Part shown: piece by piece, positions 1-12,533 of the stretch | How positions within the stretch are numbered: position 1 is the first letter of the stretch | Layout: the number at the start of each line of letters is the position of its first letter | Source of the DNA: Amoebidium appalachense | Taxonomy: Eukaryota > Protista > Ichthyosporea | Assembly (NCBI GenBank): GCA_963693365.1 | Contig: CAVNZM010000016.1 | Span: forward strand, 3,251,957 to 3,315,956 | Length of the DNA: 64,000 nt | Direction: 5' to 3' | Made by a program: the position numbers and the translations under genes | Notes under the pieces: model-generated | Database searches by the model: none | Seen by the model: the letters and a program-made list of their open reading frames with translations, nothing else | What the model was told of the DNA's origin: nothing

Positions 1-31
1 GGGGGGGTAGGGGGCAGAGAATAATAATTAT

Positions 32-142
<111 letters not shown>

Positions 143-372
143 CAGAAGAGAGAGGGAGTTGAGAAGAGGGAGGGAGAGAGGGAGGATCGAAGAGGAGAGG
201 AGGGTAGAATGTTTCGCGCAGCACAAACTACAAGGACGCTCATAAAATGATAATTCGGTGTCTGAGGGAGAAGAAGGGATGGCAATGGTGGTGGTGGTGG
301 TGGTCGGGGGAGGGGGGAGAGCGAGTGGCTGGGTCGGTGGGTGAACGTATGTCCATATACCCGTGAAACAAC

Positions 373-975
373 GTGTGGATGCATGTGTGTGCACACACAT
401 GCAGATTCACACATGCAGCTTCGCGTGTCTGCAGGTGTCAGTATGTGCATATGTGTCTACCTGTCTTTGTGTATGTGCATGCGTGCATGCGTGTAGTATG
501 CGTGTCTGTGTGCCTATGTATGTGTATGCACGTCTGTGAATGTGTTTGTCTATGTTCACGTCTGTGTGTTTCCGTAGGTACATGTGTGCATGTGTCTCTG
601 TGTGTATGTGAATCTGCGCCTGTGTGTTTATGCTTGTATGCGTATCTGTGCAGGTGCATGCGCATGTGTGTCTCCGTGCGTGTGTGCACAGACGTGCCCG
701 TGTGTCTGTGCAGATGTGCATGTGCGCTCGTGTGTCTGTGCATGTGCCTGTGTGCACGTCATGTGACTGTCCCATGTGCGCATATGTGCCTGCATGTCCG
801 TGTGTGTGTGTGTGTCTGTGTTCATATGTGCAGGCGTGCATGTGTGTCTGTGTGTGCCAGGTTGTCTGTGTTCATGTGTGCACGTGCCTGTATGTGTGTG
901 TGTGTGTGTGTGTGCAAGCGTCTACGTTTGCAAATGTGCTCGTGTGTATGTTTGTGCCTGTGCAGATGCACACAC
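373..975. repeat. Degenerate (TG)n / TGTGCA-type microsatellite filling PMM intron 5
   Basis: Low-complexity TG repeat; its translations (CVCV/HTHT) are spurious. Confidence 0.9.
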
Positions 976-1889
976 CTCATCGTACTCATTGAATGCCAGC
1001 CTCTCCTCGTAGCTGCAGTTTCTTCCAATCGGAGACACGTTCAGCATCCCATTGCGGAACTCAATGAACGTACCCCTGCACACAGTCTCTATCAGCTATT
1101 GCCACAAACAGTTCAGCTATCAGCTATCACCACTCACTAATTCATCTTTTTTAGAAGAACTTTTTCTGACCCCCCCCCCCCCCCCCCCTCTCTCCCCTCC
1201 CTCCACCCCCCCCCCCCCCCCCCCCCCCCCGCCCCTCCCCTCGGGAGCTCCCCCCCCCCTCTTCTGCACCAACACATACACTAATGTTATTAGCTCAATC
1301 AACAAAAAATAGCCGAGAAGAAAGACGAGGGAACGAAAGAGTTTTGCCTTCGTGAGTGTAGCAAAGAAAGAGCAAACATGAGAGGGAGAGTAGAAAAGAG
1401 AGGAAGCAAGAGCTGTGGGACGCCCGGGTCAAACATAAACCTGTACCACCGTGTAACCCCCCACCCACCCACCCACTCACACACAAACAAGTTGCTGCCC
1501 CTTGTGCCGGCAACTCCCCCTTCCTTGCACACCTTTCAACTATGTAAAACTCTTACTTCATTTTAATCCCTCACTTCGCCTCACCTGGCCTCGCATTATC
1601 AAGTGTTCTCGGCTTTGTGGATCAATCCCCCTCGACCCCCTCCCTCCTTCCCCTCCCCCTTCTCCCTGTATCCATCTCCCCTTCCCCTTCCCATCCCCCC
1701 CCCCCCCCCCCCCCTTCCCCCCACCCACCCACTCACACACACACACCTCTTCACGGGGATGTCCAGGTCTGCAATGTAGCGCAGCACAAAGTTGATAAAG
1801 CGGTTGAGCCGTTCATTGCCGTAGTACTCCTTGATGCTCTGTGCATCAAACACATGTGCATGTGGGAACGGGCACGTGTCTCTTATATA

Positions 1890-1921
<32 letters not shown>

Positions 1922-2156
1922 AAAAAAAAAAAAGAAAGAAAGAAACAAAGGGGGGAAAAAAGAAAGAAAAGGAAAAACGAACACACACACACCACGAATT
2001 GCAAGATAATCTATCATAGCCGGTTCCTTCCTTCCCCTCCCCTCGACAGACAAACAGACAAACAAAAAATCATGACACCATGCCTTCCCTGCCTTCGCCA
2101 CTACTGATCTCTAAAGTGCTTCTCTCTCTCCCCCTAACTGCTTCTTCTCCCCCCCC

Positions 2157-2187
<31 letters not shown>

Positions 2188-2316
2188 CTCCCCCGCTCCC
2201 CCCGACACACCGCTCTTTACCTCTCGCTCGCTCTTTCTCGACCCCCCCATCCTCCCCCTCCGACCTTCCTTTCCCTCCTAGATCATTAGGCCCAAACACC
2301 CCCCCCCCCCCAAAAA

Positions 2317-2353
<37 letters not shown>

Positions 2354-4366
2354 GAAAAGGAAGAAGAAAAAAAAAGACTGCTTTAGGTGGGTTAAATGTG
2401 TTTGCAGTAATTGATTGAGGCTATGGGGGAGCACAAAGTGAGGTGGAATCAGGTCAGGGATGAGAGAGGTTGGGACAGATAGGGTCCGGGCTGCATGTGG
2501 GTGTGTTGGGGGTGCGGCGCGGGGGAGGGGTTAAGGGGGGGGGGGGGGGAGGTGGTTCAGGGAGCGCTCCAATCAGCAGGTGTGGCACCGGGTGAGGCTT
2601 GATGGAGGTTGTGGGGTGGGAGGGGTGAGTGTATGTGTTTGTGTGTGTGTGTTTGGGGGGGGGGGGGGGGGGGGGGAAGGGGGGGGAGGGGGGATAGGGG
2701 GTTTTTCGGATGCGCTACAGAGTTTGAAGTTAAGATATACAATTTACAACACAATGACAATGCTGCAAAAAGGAGCAGATACGGAAGACCGCACCGCAAG
2801 CGGGGCTCATTCTCAAGGATGGAGGGGTTTGAAGGGGGAAGGCTCGTGGATGGGAACTCCAGTGTGTATGTGTGTGTGTGTGTGTGTGTGCGCACGCGCG
2901 CGCGCACGTGTGGGTGTGGGTGTTCGTGTGCATGTGTGTCTGTGTGTGCGCGCACACATTTGGAGGGGGGGGGGGGGGGGGGGGGAGGGGGTGATTTAGC
3001 CCCTACCATAGTAGGGAGCTGCACACCGTGGCGGAAGGCCACAAGGCCATTCTCCGAAAACACATAGTCGTACTGCTGCTCGACTGCACGGCCCCTATGA
3101 GTAGATGCCCCCCCCCCCGCGCCCGCCCATCCCAATACACCACAAACACAGACACATGCAGGCACATATCTTTCCAAAGCCCTCACTTTTCATGTCATCG
3201 CCCTCTAGACGGCTTGTGCGTCTTTTCTTTCTTCCTCCCCTCTTGCCAGCTTCCCCATCCCCTAGCCCCCCCCCTCCCCCCCCCCCCCTCCCCAGCCATT
3301 CCACCCACATCTTTTTTCTCCCTCTGATTTTTTTTGCCCTCCCAACCCCAGCACCCCCTCCCCCCCCCCCCCCCCCCCTTTGCCCCAAGCCCCCTCTGTA
3401 ATCCTCCCCCCCCCCCTTGCCCCCCCCCCCGCTCAAACCCCCCCCCCCCCCCATCCCCTTCAGCGCTCATCCTTCTGATCACAAGGTCAGGCCCGCTCTC
3501 TGCGAGCGTGTCTCCCCAATGTGAGGGGAAGACAAAAAAGACACCTACGGCAACACGAGCCGGTGGGAATGAATCAATATGAACCCACTCTTCGCGGGCT
3601 TGGAACCGAAGTGAACACCATGTATGGGCTGACATGTCTTTTTCGTCCTCTACGAACACCAATCCCCACATGGACTCTGCCCCCCCCCCCAACCCCTCCC
3701 CTCTTCTTCACCCCCTTCCACCAAGGTTAGCCAGAAAACGTGCACTTACACACATACACACCCACCCACACATCAGCAAACACATACACCCCTTCATCCC
3801 CGCCAAACCCCCTCCCCACCCTCCCTTCTCCCCCCCTCCCCCCCGCGCTCTCCCACTTCCACCAACCATACACATACACACAGACTTACTGTTTCCGCCG
3901 CCCAGCTGCTCCTGAATCTTTGGTTGGTCCGAGCCACCGACCACACCGACAACCATCCGTTTGCGCAGTTCCTTCAGAGTGTCAATCATGGGCTGCTCAA
4001 TGCTCTGCATCAACCAACCCCAAATTAGCATGTGAAAAAACAAGCAGAGTTCGGGTTGTGAAAACTTTTGCATACGCTTATAGGATGTATGTGTGACATA
4101 TGGTATTGAGTTCTTATATACCTTTGGTATGTTGTGCTTACTATCTGTTGCAGGCAAATAAACATTTCATTAAAAGAAGAAAAGAACAAAGAGGGGCAAA
4201 TGGTGTACGTAAAGGGCTAGAAGCTACGGGTTGTTTATCTGACAGTCTGCGACACACTCCAGCGTCGCAATGTTGCACCTGTCAGAACGCCATGCAGATG
4301 ACCCGAAAGGGCTCCTTGCAATACCTTTATATCCCGCCTAGTGATTCGGCCACCTCCCGCTCCCAT

Positions 4367-4432
<66 letters not shown>

Positions 4433-4615
4433 CCCCCCCTTTTCCCCCCTCGCCCGGCGGAGCGGGCTGAGGAAAAGGGGGTTTTGGGGCCGGGGAGAAA
4501 GAGGGCGTTGCGTTTCAGAAAGGAGGGGGAGGGGGGTGCCACCAACCAGGCGGGGCTTTGTAAGGGTGCCATCAATGTCGAAAAGGACCAGCGTGCGTTC
4601 GTCCCTCTCAGCCAT
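976..4615 (-). CDS. PMM: Eukaryotic phosphomannomutase (HAD family, PMM2/Sec53-like), exons 1-5; 3' exons presumably beyond the left window edge
   Basis: Exons 4547-4615 ([26 protein letters not shown] DxDGT motif), 3890-4004 (VGVVGGSD...EQLG), 3007-3083 ([13 protein letters not shown]), 1747-1838 ([18 protein letters not shown]) and 976-1075 ([21 protein letters not shown]). All introns are GT-AG and the phases join in frame. Confidence 0.96.
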
Positions 4616-5177
4616 CTTTGCGTTTATGAAGCACTGAAAAATAGCAAAAAAACAATGTTTGGACAAGCTTAAGAGCCTACTTGTCTTGTTATTGACACTT
4701 GTGAAACTGGAAACGAAACTTGCCCAGCGAAGTGGGAAAGCAGTTTCCTAGATTAATGGGGGTGCAACACGTTCCCAAGTTACGTGCCAATTTGTATTAT
4801 GTGCCGACTGCAAGTGTGGTAAAAAAATCATTGGAGCCCTGCTCTGGGAAGATGGTCCAACCTGGTGATTGGTGGAAGCACTTAGCAACAGGCATATGAT
4901 TGGCTTGTGGGATTTGCGGAATTTGGCGGCAGTTGTTGCTTACCATATAAGGCAAGTGCGCAAGGTGCGTGCACATGTATGGATCGTAGGATCATACGAT
5001 GTTTTTTTTTTTTTTGTTTGTTTTTTTGGGTGAAGTTCTGCCTGTCACTTTTTCTGTCCCGAATTCGTACATAATCACACAAAAACACATCATACACCGT
5101 GCACCTTAGGCACACACACAACAACCCCTTCCTATACCCTCCCTTCTCTCTCTTTTTCGCACGCACACACACGCAAC
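4616..5177. promoter_or_regulatory. Probable bidirectional promoter region between divergent PMM and SDR genes
   Basis: 562 bp between two head-to-head start codons. Regulatory role inferred from geometry only. Confidence 0.5.
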
Positions 5178-6125
5178 ATGTTCGTCACCATCTGCCTAGG
5201 CCTCATGGCCTTCTCCTTCCTCGCGTACCTTATCCCCGTTATTCTCGAGTCTTTCGTCTACAAGGAACGCAACCTCAAGGAAGTCTACGCAGCTCGCTGG
5301 GGTCTTGTCACGGGCGCAAGCTCAGGCATTGGGAAGGCCCTTGCAGAGCGATTGGCCGGGCAGGGTGTCAATGTTGTACTAGTTGCACTCCAAAACGCAG
5401 ACTTGGACAATACGACAAAGGAGCTGAAGGAACGTTTCCCCCAGGTTGAGATGCGCGCTGTTGGTGCAGATCTTTCCGGTACCAGCGGTGACTACATGAA
5501 ACCCATCATTGACGCCACAAAGGACATTGATGTGAGCATCATCTTCAATAACGCCGGGTACATCCTTACGGGCCTGTTCGCCGATGTTCCGCTCGAGAAG
5601 GCCCTTCACAACTGCGAGGTGAACATGATGAGTGCCGTAAAGATCACACATCACTTTGCAAACGAGTTGCTGGATAAGAAAATGCGCGGTCTCATCGCCT
5701 TCACTTCCTCAAGCAGTGGGTTCATCCCCAACCCCACATCGGCGCTCTACGGTAGCACAAAGGCGTTTTTGACCGAATTCGCCTCTTCCATCGCCGGTGA
5801 ATTGTACCCGAACGGCATCGATGTTCTGGTTGTGCATCCCTCGCCCATTGCCAGCAATTTCTACTCGAATGCAGGCAGCCTGAGCATCCTTTCGCTCGTG
5901 CAGAAGACGGCAAAGCCCCCCTCGACCATCGCCGACTGTGTTTTCACGTGTGCCGGGCGTACGGTTGTGCGTGATCAGGGATACTTTAGCATTGGCAATA
6001 AGTTGTTGCTGAAACTTCTGGATTGGAACCTTCTGGCAAACATCACCACTGTGGCTGTGAGCACTATGGGTGATTACAAGACCATGAAGAAGACTCGCAC
6101 GACAAAGCCCCTCAACCAGAAGTAA
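5178..6125 (+). CDS. Short-chain dehydrogenase/reductase (classical SDR, 17beta-HSD12 / very-long-chain 3-oxoacyl-CoA reductase-like), N-terminal membrane anchor, intronless
   Basis: 315 aa ORF with hydrophobic N-terminus, TGASSGIG Rossmann motif, NNAG, and catalytic S...YGSTK (YxxxK). Confidence 0.93.
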   Translation: MFVTICLGLMAFSFLAYLIPVILESFVYKERNLKEVYAARWGLVTGASSGIGKALAERLAGQGVNVVLVALQNADLDNTTKELKERFPQVEMRAVGADLSGTSGDYMKPIIDATKDIDVSIIFNNAGYILTGLFADVPLEKALHNCEVNMMSAVKITHHFANELLDKKMRGLIAFTSSSSGFIPNPTSALYGSTKAFLTEFASSIAGELYPNGIDVLVVHPSPIASNFYSNAGSLSILSLVQKTAKPPSTIADCVFTCAGRTVVRDQGYFSIGNKLLLKLLDWNLLANITTVAVSTMGDYKTMKKTRTTKPLNQK

Positions 6126-6136
6126 GGGGTTGCACG

Positions 6137-6297
<161 letters not shown>

Positions 6298-7204
6298 AGT
6301 CTGTGCAAATTTGATGGGTGCGTAGTGAGCAGTGTGTTGTGGGGAGGGAGTACTGTACGGATGTAGGAAGAGCAAGGGACTTCACGATCACACAATGGAG
6401 TCAAAGCTACTAATCTTTTTCAACTAGTTTTAGACATTATTTACTGTCAAGTGCATTCTGTTTCTGTTTCAGGTCGTTAATGACTTGCCAATTTTCTTCT
6501 TTTTTATAGTATTGGTCGCTGACCCAGCCGCACTAGTTGGAATGTGTGTCCTAGCCACCGATAGGAGTCTCTGTACATGCTATAACCTGGCCACTAACCG
6601 GCATATAAATATGAGTTGATGCATAATACAATACAGAGTATATAGGAGAACATGAAAGGTGTTGCCTGTCTCTAACAATCCCCCTTCCCCCCCCGCCCCC
6701 CCTCCCCCCTCCTCCTCTTCCCCCAGCCCCCTCCCCCTCCCCCCCCCCCCCCCCGCCCATTCTTCTCTTTACCGAACCCCCGGTCTCCCTCTGGCCCAAG
6801 CTAGACTCCTCCCTGTACCTCTTATGCAAAGCCACCTCCTTACCTTCTCGGCAGGCCCTCCATCAAAACTAGGCATCACCCCCCTTCCCCCCGCCCCCTC
6901 CCCCCCCCCCCCAAACCACCACCACCACCATCACCTACCCCTGGCCCCTGTGCTTACAACCTCCCATCTCATGTGTGATAGGTTTGCAACAATGCTCTTG
7001 TGGTGCTTTCCATCCTCTCCCTCCCCCTCCCCCCCCCCCCCCCCCCCTGCCCCCCTCCCCCCGCCCTCTCCCCAAACACACACATATAAGAGCACACACA
7101 CACATCTATTGCACCCCCAACAATCAACCAACACACATAAAGGCTGTTCTTTTTCACATTGCATTAGCAAGCACCCAAATATCTAAAAAGACGGGAACAC
7201 AGCA

Positions 7205-7330
7205 GGGGTTTACACACTTTTTATTGCGTGGACACTGCCGGGGGCCCAGCCACACTCGACGGCCTACTGGGTTTTCCAGCGCAGCCAATCAAATGCAGCT
7301 AGTGACATATGTACATGCTAGGCAACAATT
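7205..7330 (+). repeat. ~125 bp dispersed repeat (GGGGTTTA... terminus); inverted, diverged copy at ~8579-8701
   Basis: Reverse complement aligns to 8579-8700 with scattered mismatches. Confidence 0.8.
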
Positions 7331-7365
7331 AGCGCCATCGTAGTATACGACACCCCTATTACATA

Positions 7366-8391
7366 TTATGGGTAAGCAGAGGCTATCATCGGTAGCTCCG
7401 AAAGAAAGTTAAGGCACCGTATCACAATATCATACTGTGCAACATTAATAAGGTGATCTAGGATAGTCATTTTAAAACGGATATCTTGAGGAAGAGAGGG
7501 AGAAAAGAGAATAAAACCGCCAACAACCTCCGGTTCTATTACGTTAGCTAACAGGTTACACTTATTGATAGATATGCATCCGCGAGTAAACCGCCCCCCA
7601 CACATATTACACATGCGAGCAGGAGACACCAGAAACCGATTACACCGCCAAGCCATAATCATCTTTGCGTTTTTACACCACACCACATTACGAATAAACA
7701 AATCTAGGTAGGAACGAGACTCTCTAACCGTATCCGCCATATATGCTACTAGTAGTTGGTGTTTTTGCGGTCCTAACACAGGAAGGGACTCAACACGTAG
7801 AGTAAAAAGATATCTATCAGCCATAGACTTAAAACTATTCATATTCACACTATGATCTAGCCGTACCTCCGGTGGGGTCGCCAGCCATGCCGCATAACGC
7901 TTGACAATGGGCAGAGACGATGTGGAAGGGAAGAGGTAGAGGGGCGAGTCCGTCGGGGATGCGTGTAGCCGGAAGAACGGGTGGTCCGGGGCACAAGCGG
8001 ACAGGCGGGTGATGTGCTCGTGAAATTTAAGGGCTAATTCGTGTACGCGTTGTGATGGTGGTGTGAGTGCGTAGAGAGAATCAAAAAGGCGTCTAGGGAT
8101 AGGTGTGGAAAGACCAGTGAGAAACGTACAAGTTGTGTAGTGGATATCATCATCAAATCATTGGAGGACAACATTATCAACAGTATCAGGTGGTGCCATA
8201 GCTAGTAAGGGCAACCCGTATTCAGACAAAGGGCGAATATATGTGCGAAATATACTAAGACGGTTGTATAGGTGTATAGCATTAGAAAGATTAGCAAGAT
8301 ACACATCCGTAAATAACCGAAGACACCTGCCTGCACTCTCCACCCGACGGTCGATCATCCGTTTGAAACATATGCCCCATTCGTCCACCGG
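7366..8391 (-). pseudogene. 3' half of LINE ORF2 (post-RT region and C-terminal Cys-rich motif); continuation of the LINE at 60176-63640
   Basis: One reading frame from 8391 to 7366 with a single internal TGA at 8158. Motifs RLSIFRTYIRPLSEYG and WRCNRF...CNMCGGRFTRG. Joins in frame to YKYLGI at 60176. Confidence 0.88.
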
Positions 8392-8453
8392 AATCTGTGA
8401 CGTAGATATACATTGAGTCACCCCAGACACGGAAGCCCCCCAGATCAATAAAC

Positions 8454-8701
8454 GTGTTAGATCTTCTTATTGATGTTGCACAGTATGATATTGTGATACG
8501 GTGTCTTAACTTTCTCTCGGCGCTACGTATACCAATGCTAGCTTCTGCTTATCCATAATCTATACTAGGGTTGTTTTATTGCATACAATGTACATGAGTC
8601 ACTAGCTGCATTTGATTGGCTGCGCTGGAAAACGCAGTAGGCCGTCAAGTGAGGCTGGGCCCCTGACGATGTCCGCAGCAATACAAAGTGCATAAACCCC
8701 C
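8454..8701 (-). mobile_element. 248 bp insertion in the TRIM left LTR
   Basis: Absent from the right LTR. Flanked by the 11-bp duplication GATCAATAAAC (8443-8453 / 8702-8712). Right part matches the 7205-7330 repeat. Confidence 0.7.
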
Positions 8702-8870
8702 GATCAATAAACATCACGATTTAAATGGGGCGTCCGGGACCTGGCGTCCTCACCTCAGTCTTTTCCTTGTCCAAAACATAGTTCTTGTCAACGAAAGCTG
8801 TGACCATCCGTCCCCCATCCGACTTTCATCCGTGTTCGAATTCATATTCCCATCACATTTCGATGTCGCA

Positions 8871-8881
8871 TGGTAGCAGAG
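8871..8881 (+). promoter_or_regulatory. Primer-binding site complementary to the 3' end of initiator tRNA-Met
   Basis: TGGTAGCAGAG immediately after the LTR terminal CA. Confidence 0.85.
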
Positions 8882-9940
8882 AAGGAAGGTATCCCTCGGG
8901 GGTAACCAGGTAAACACGCTTCCACACGCGCGCTCTGCTAGCATGCTATGATAGCTCATTTTTGCGGACGGATGGTCACAGCAGTCCACGGATAACTACG
9001 GATACATGAGGATGCATTTGCTTACTTATTCGGACGTCGCCCCGCAATGAGGCCATTTTTTTGCAACAGCCATATCATTTTTCATATTGTAGCACACACA
9101 ACTCGGTTTTCGCACCAGCCCATTTCTCATGAGCGCATCATCTTTTCCCATTTTCCACACACGACCACAGTGATCGGCAAGTTTTGGTTCTGATACTTTG
9201 TGCATATAAGCAAAGCACGAGAAACGCCACCCCCGTGTGCTGCTAATCCCGCATAATGGGTGCCGGCCAGACACTAAGCCCAGCACACGTTTGCCGGAGG
9301 GTGTGAGTCTCGAACTTTGCTTGTGCCCACACGGTGGTTAAGATCACTACCTGACGATCACTAGAGTCGTGTGTTTTCCTTCAGTCTGACCAGCCGTCGT
9401 TTGCGCAAACTACGTGTATATACCCAATCACGATATATTTCAACATGTACATCCGGAAGATCTATGTCTGCTTCTCGCTCTTGCTTGCCTCTGCTTACAT
9501 GTTTTGCTTTTTGCCACTTATCCTTAGAGACACTGCAGCCCGCCCACGTGTGGTTAGGGGATGGCTTGAAGGTTTGCCTGTCCCTGTCCATATACACTAA
9601 CTGACGCCCCCCTCCCCCCCCCCCCCCCCACCCCTAGTATGCATCCACATGCTTATATGTTTGCACCCACGTACTAGCCTTATCCATGTGTGAGGACACA
9701 CACTATCCTTCTCTTGTGCGCTTAACATGTGACGTAGATAAACACCGAGTCACCCCAAACACGGAAGCCCCCCAGATCAATAAACATCACGATGTACTAA
9801 ATGGGGCTTCCGAAACCTGGCGTCCTCAGTCTTTTCCTTGTCCAAAACATAGTTCTTGTCAACGAAAGCTGTGACCATCCGTCCCCCATTGCCATATACT
9901 AATCCGTCTCAGCAGATCATCCTAGTCAACGATCAAGATC

Positions 9941-9973
<33 letters not shown>

Positions 9974-10032
9974 TCCACAGATCATCAAGATCAAGTCCGG
10001 GGCCTCAAGATCAGCTGTACAGCTGCGGGCAT

Positions 10033-10881
10033 TGTTGTTTTGTGTGGGTAAACGGAGAAGCAGAGAGCACAGAGGGTGTTATGTTATACACAACACAGAG
10101 ACACACGGGAAAAACACAACCGGAGAGGTGGAACGATTTCTGGAACCATAGGAAATGAATATCGGACTGCTTGATAGTATTTATTCCAAGATGAAGTCCC
10201 TTTTATACTTGGGAATGTGAAAACGATAAACCAATCAAAAGAACGAAAACTCTATTTTCCTATCAGAAAGACGAAAACTATGAGTGTAAAATATATCGAT
10301 CGAAATGTCTGTCGACACATAGAATATAAAATGCAATCCTCTAATGAAAGAAACTTCTAATAAAACACGGAAACATTTAACAAAATGAAACCACTTATGT
10401 AACTATTAGTTCACATCATACATTTATACATGTTCTTATCATAACACGTCTAAATATAATAATTCCTAATAGTTGGAGAACATAGCACAATGCTACGTCG
10501 TGAGAAAGGAATGGGAAAGGAATTAGTAAGTTACTATATTTGGGAAAATACAAACGAGATCTGATTGGATGACATATTTAGATATTGACACAAACGACAG
10601 TACGTGTGCGCGAGCTAAGTATGTCGATACGTACACAGATCTAAGATATCGGTGTACACGGAAACAGAAAGGAAAGAAAGAAAGAAAGAAAGGAAAGGGA
10701 AAAGGAAACAAACTACAACAAACTAATAAACAAATATAAAACTCAACTTCTAAGTCTTGCTATGAATCATGGGAAGATGACATCCCCACTCAAGGGTTGG
10801 AAGTTGGGTTCTCGTGAAGTTTGTTGATGTGACTGTTGATGTCAAGACTCTCACACATGTAGAAGCAGGTGCCGTGAAGTC
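10033..10881 (-). mobile_element. 3' LTR (10033-10782) plus PPT/3' UTR stub of a Copia related to Copia-C
   Basis: TGTTGTTTTG...ACA ends, followed by TCCCCACTCAAGGG as at 48354 (minus-strand PPT TTGAGTGGGGA). Confidence 0.75.
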
Positions 10882-11932
10882 TGTAGCTTAGAGGTTTCAC
10901 TGTTAGACTTTATTATTTGCTGACTTGCATTGACTGGCCCGCCGGGACCTTTATATACTTGTGGTCTGGCTCATTGGAATGTTACATACTATTCCCGATT
11001 GGTCTACCCGCCGCTATGGATCTAGTCGCTACCAATCAAAACACTCCAATAAAATCTTCTAGACTCTTCTAGATCTATCCTGATCTATCGTGAACCTATC
11101 CACCAGTTTATCCCGAATATCTCGAACATTCCCGATCACTAGTGCTACGCTAACGCAGGGCATACCGGATGGCTATCCTGTTCGACACCCCCACTTGCAC
11201 TGTGTTCTATCTATGTACTGCATGCAACCTAAACCTAAGATGCAACTCTAAAACTATGCTACTATACTAACACATATAACATCTACTACACGAACATTAA
11301 CACTACACTATTTGTAGTTCTCACTCAGCCATGCCGATGGCCTGCCGATGCTGCACTAACTTAAGTCTCCCTAAAGCTTTGGTGCACATGTCGGCCACGT
11401 TACTGTTCGTGCTGCAATACACAAGTTCTACATCCCCATTCTCCACACACTCACGGGTGTAGTGGTACTGAACGTCGATGTGTTTGCTCCTGTTATGGAG
11501 CATCGGGTTCCTTGCAAGCTTGATGCCGGCCTGGTTGTCGGCGTAGATGATGGTCGCCTCACTTATATCGTAGCCCAGCTGCCCCAGCAGCTGTCGTAGC
11601 CACTTAGCCTCTTTGACTGCCAGGCACGTAGCCATATACTCCGCCTCTGTAGATGAAGTAGCCACAGTCTTCTGTTGCTTGCTGCCCCAGCTGATGGCAG
11701 ATCCATTGGAAGTAAAGATGTATCCGCTCGTCGACTTACGGTCGTCGGAGTTGCCAGCGTAATCGGAGTCAGTGAATCCCAGGCCTCCACTGTTGTACTC
11801 CCTCCTCCGCGGTAGACAATCCCGTAGTTGGTTGTCCCCTTGAGGTACCGGAGAAGATGTTTGGCTGCGTCCCAGTGTTAAAGTCCCGGGTTGCTCACGA
11901 ACTTACTAAGTTCCCCCACTGCTTGTGCAATG
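10882..11932 (-). mobile_element. Truncated Copia-A family copy: 3' LTR 10882-11187, PPT, and RT end / RNase H remnant 11321-11932
   Basis: 306-bp LTR is the reverse complement of 12181-12486. Motifs SSTEAEY, DNQA, RSKHIDVQYH and ADMCTKAL. Contains a stop and a frameshift; truncated exactly at the TIR at 11933. Confidence 0.92.
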
Positions 11933-12533
11933 CATCAGCAATCTTGCGCGAACATCCAAAACATATCAAACCCATCTAGGATATGCAACTGTATATTAAT
12001 GGATACCTTTTGGATATACAAACGATATGTAGGATGGTTTCGGTCGAACATATCAATACCATCCACTGGATATATACAACATGTCTATTTCATCCTGACC
12101 TCCAACCGATGTCCAATATATATGTAGTTGCATGCTTAGATAGTGATCAAGATATTGCACCCCCATTAGATATCACATATTGTCGAACAGGATAGCCATC
12201 CGGTATGCCCTGCGTTAGCGTAGCACTAGTGATCGGGAATATTCGAGATATTCGGGATAAACTGGTGGATAGGTTCACGATAGATCAGGATAGATCTAGA
12301 AGAGTCTAGAAGATTCTATTGGAGTGTTTTGATTGGTAGCGACTAGATCCATAGCGGCGGGTAGACCAATCGGGAATGGTATGTAACATTCCAGTGAGCC
12401 AGACCACAAGTATATAAAGGTCCCGGTGGGCCAGTCAATGTAAGTCAGCAAATAATAAAGTCTCACAGAGAAACCTCTAAGTTACGGTTACGGACCCAGT
12501 ACAACGCTACGATCAAGCGACTGTTGAGACAAG

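Noticed and set aside
7205-8701. Apparent 1.5 kb TIR element bounded by ~125-bp inverted repeats
   Set aside because: The right copy is part of a separate insertion nested in the TRIM LTR with its own 11-bp duplication, and no TSD flanks the pair. Two independent copies are more parsimonious.
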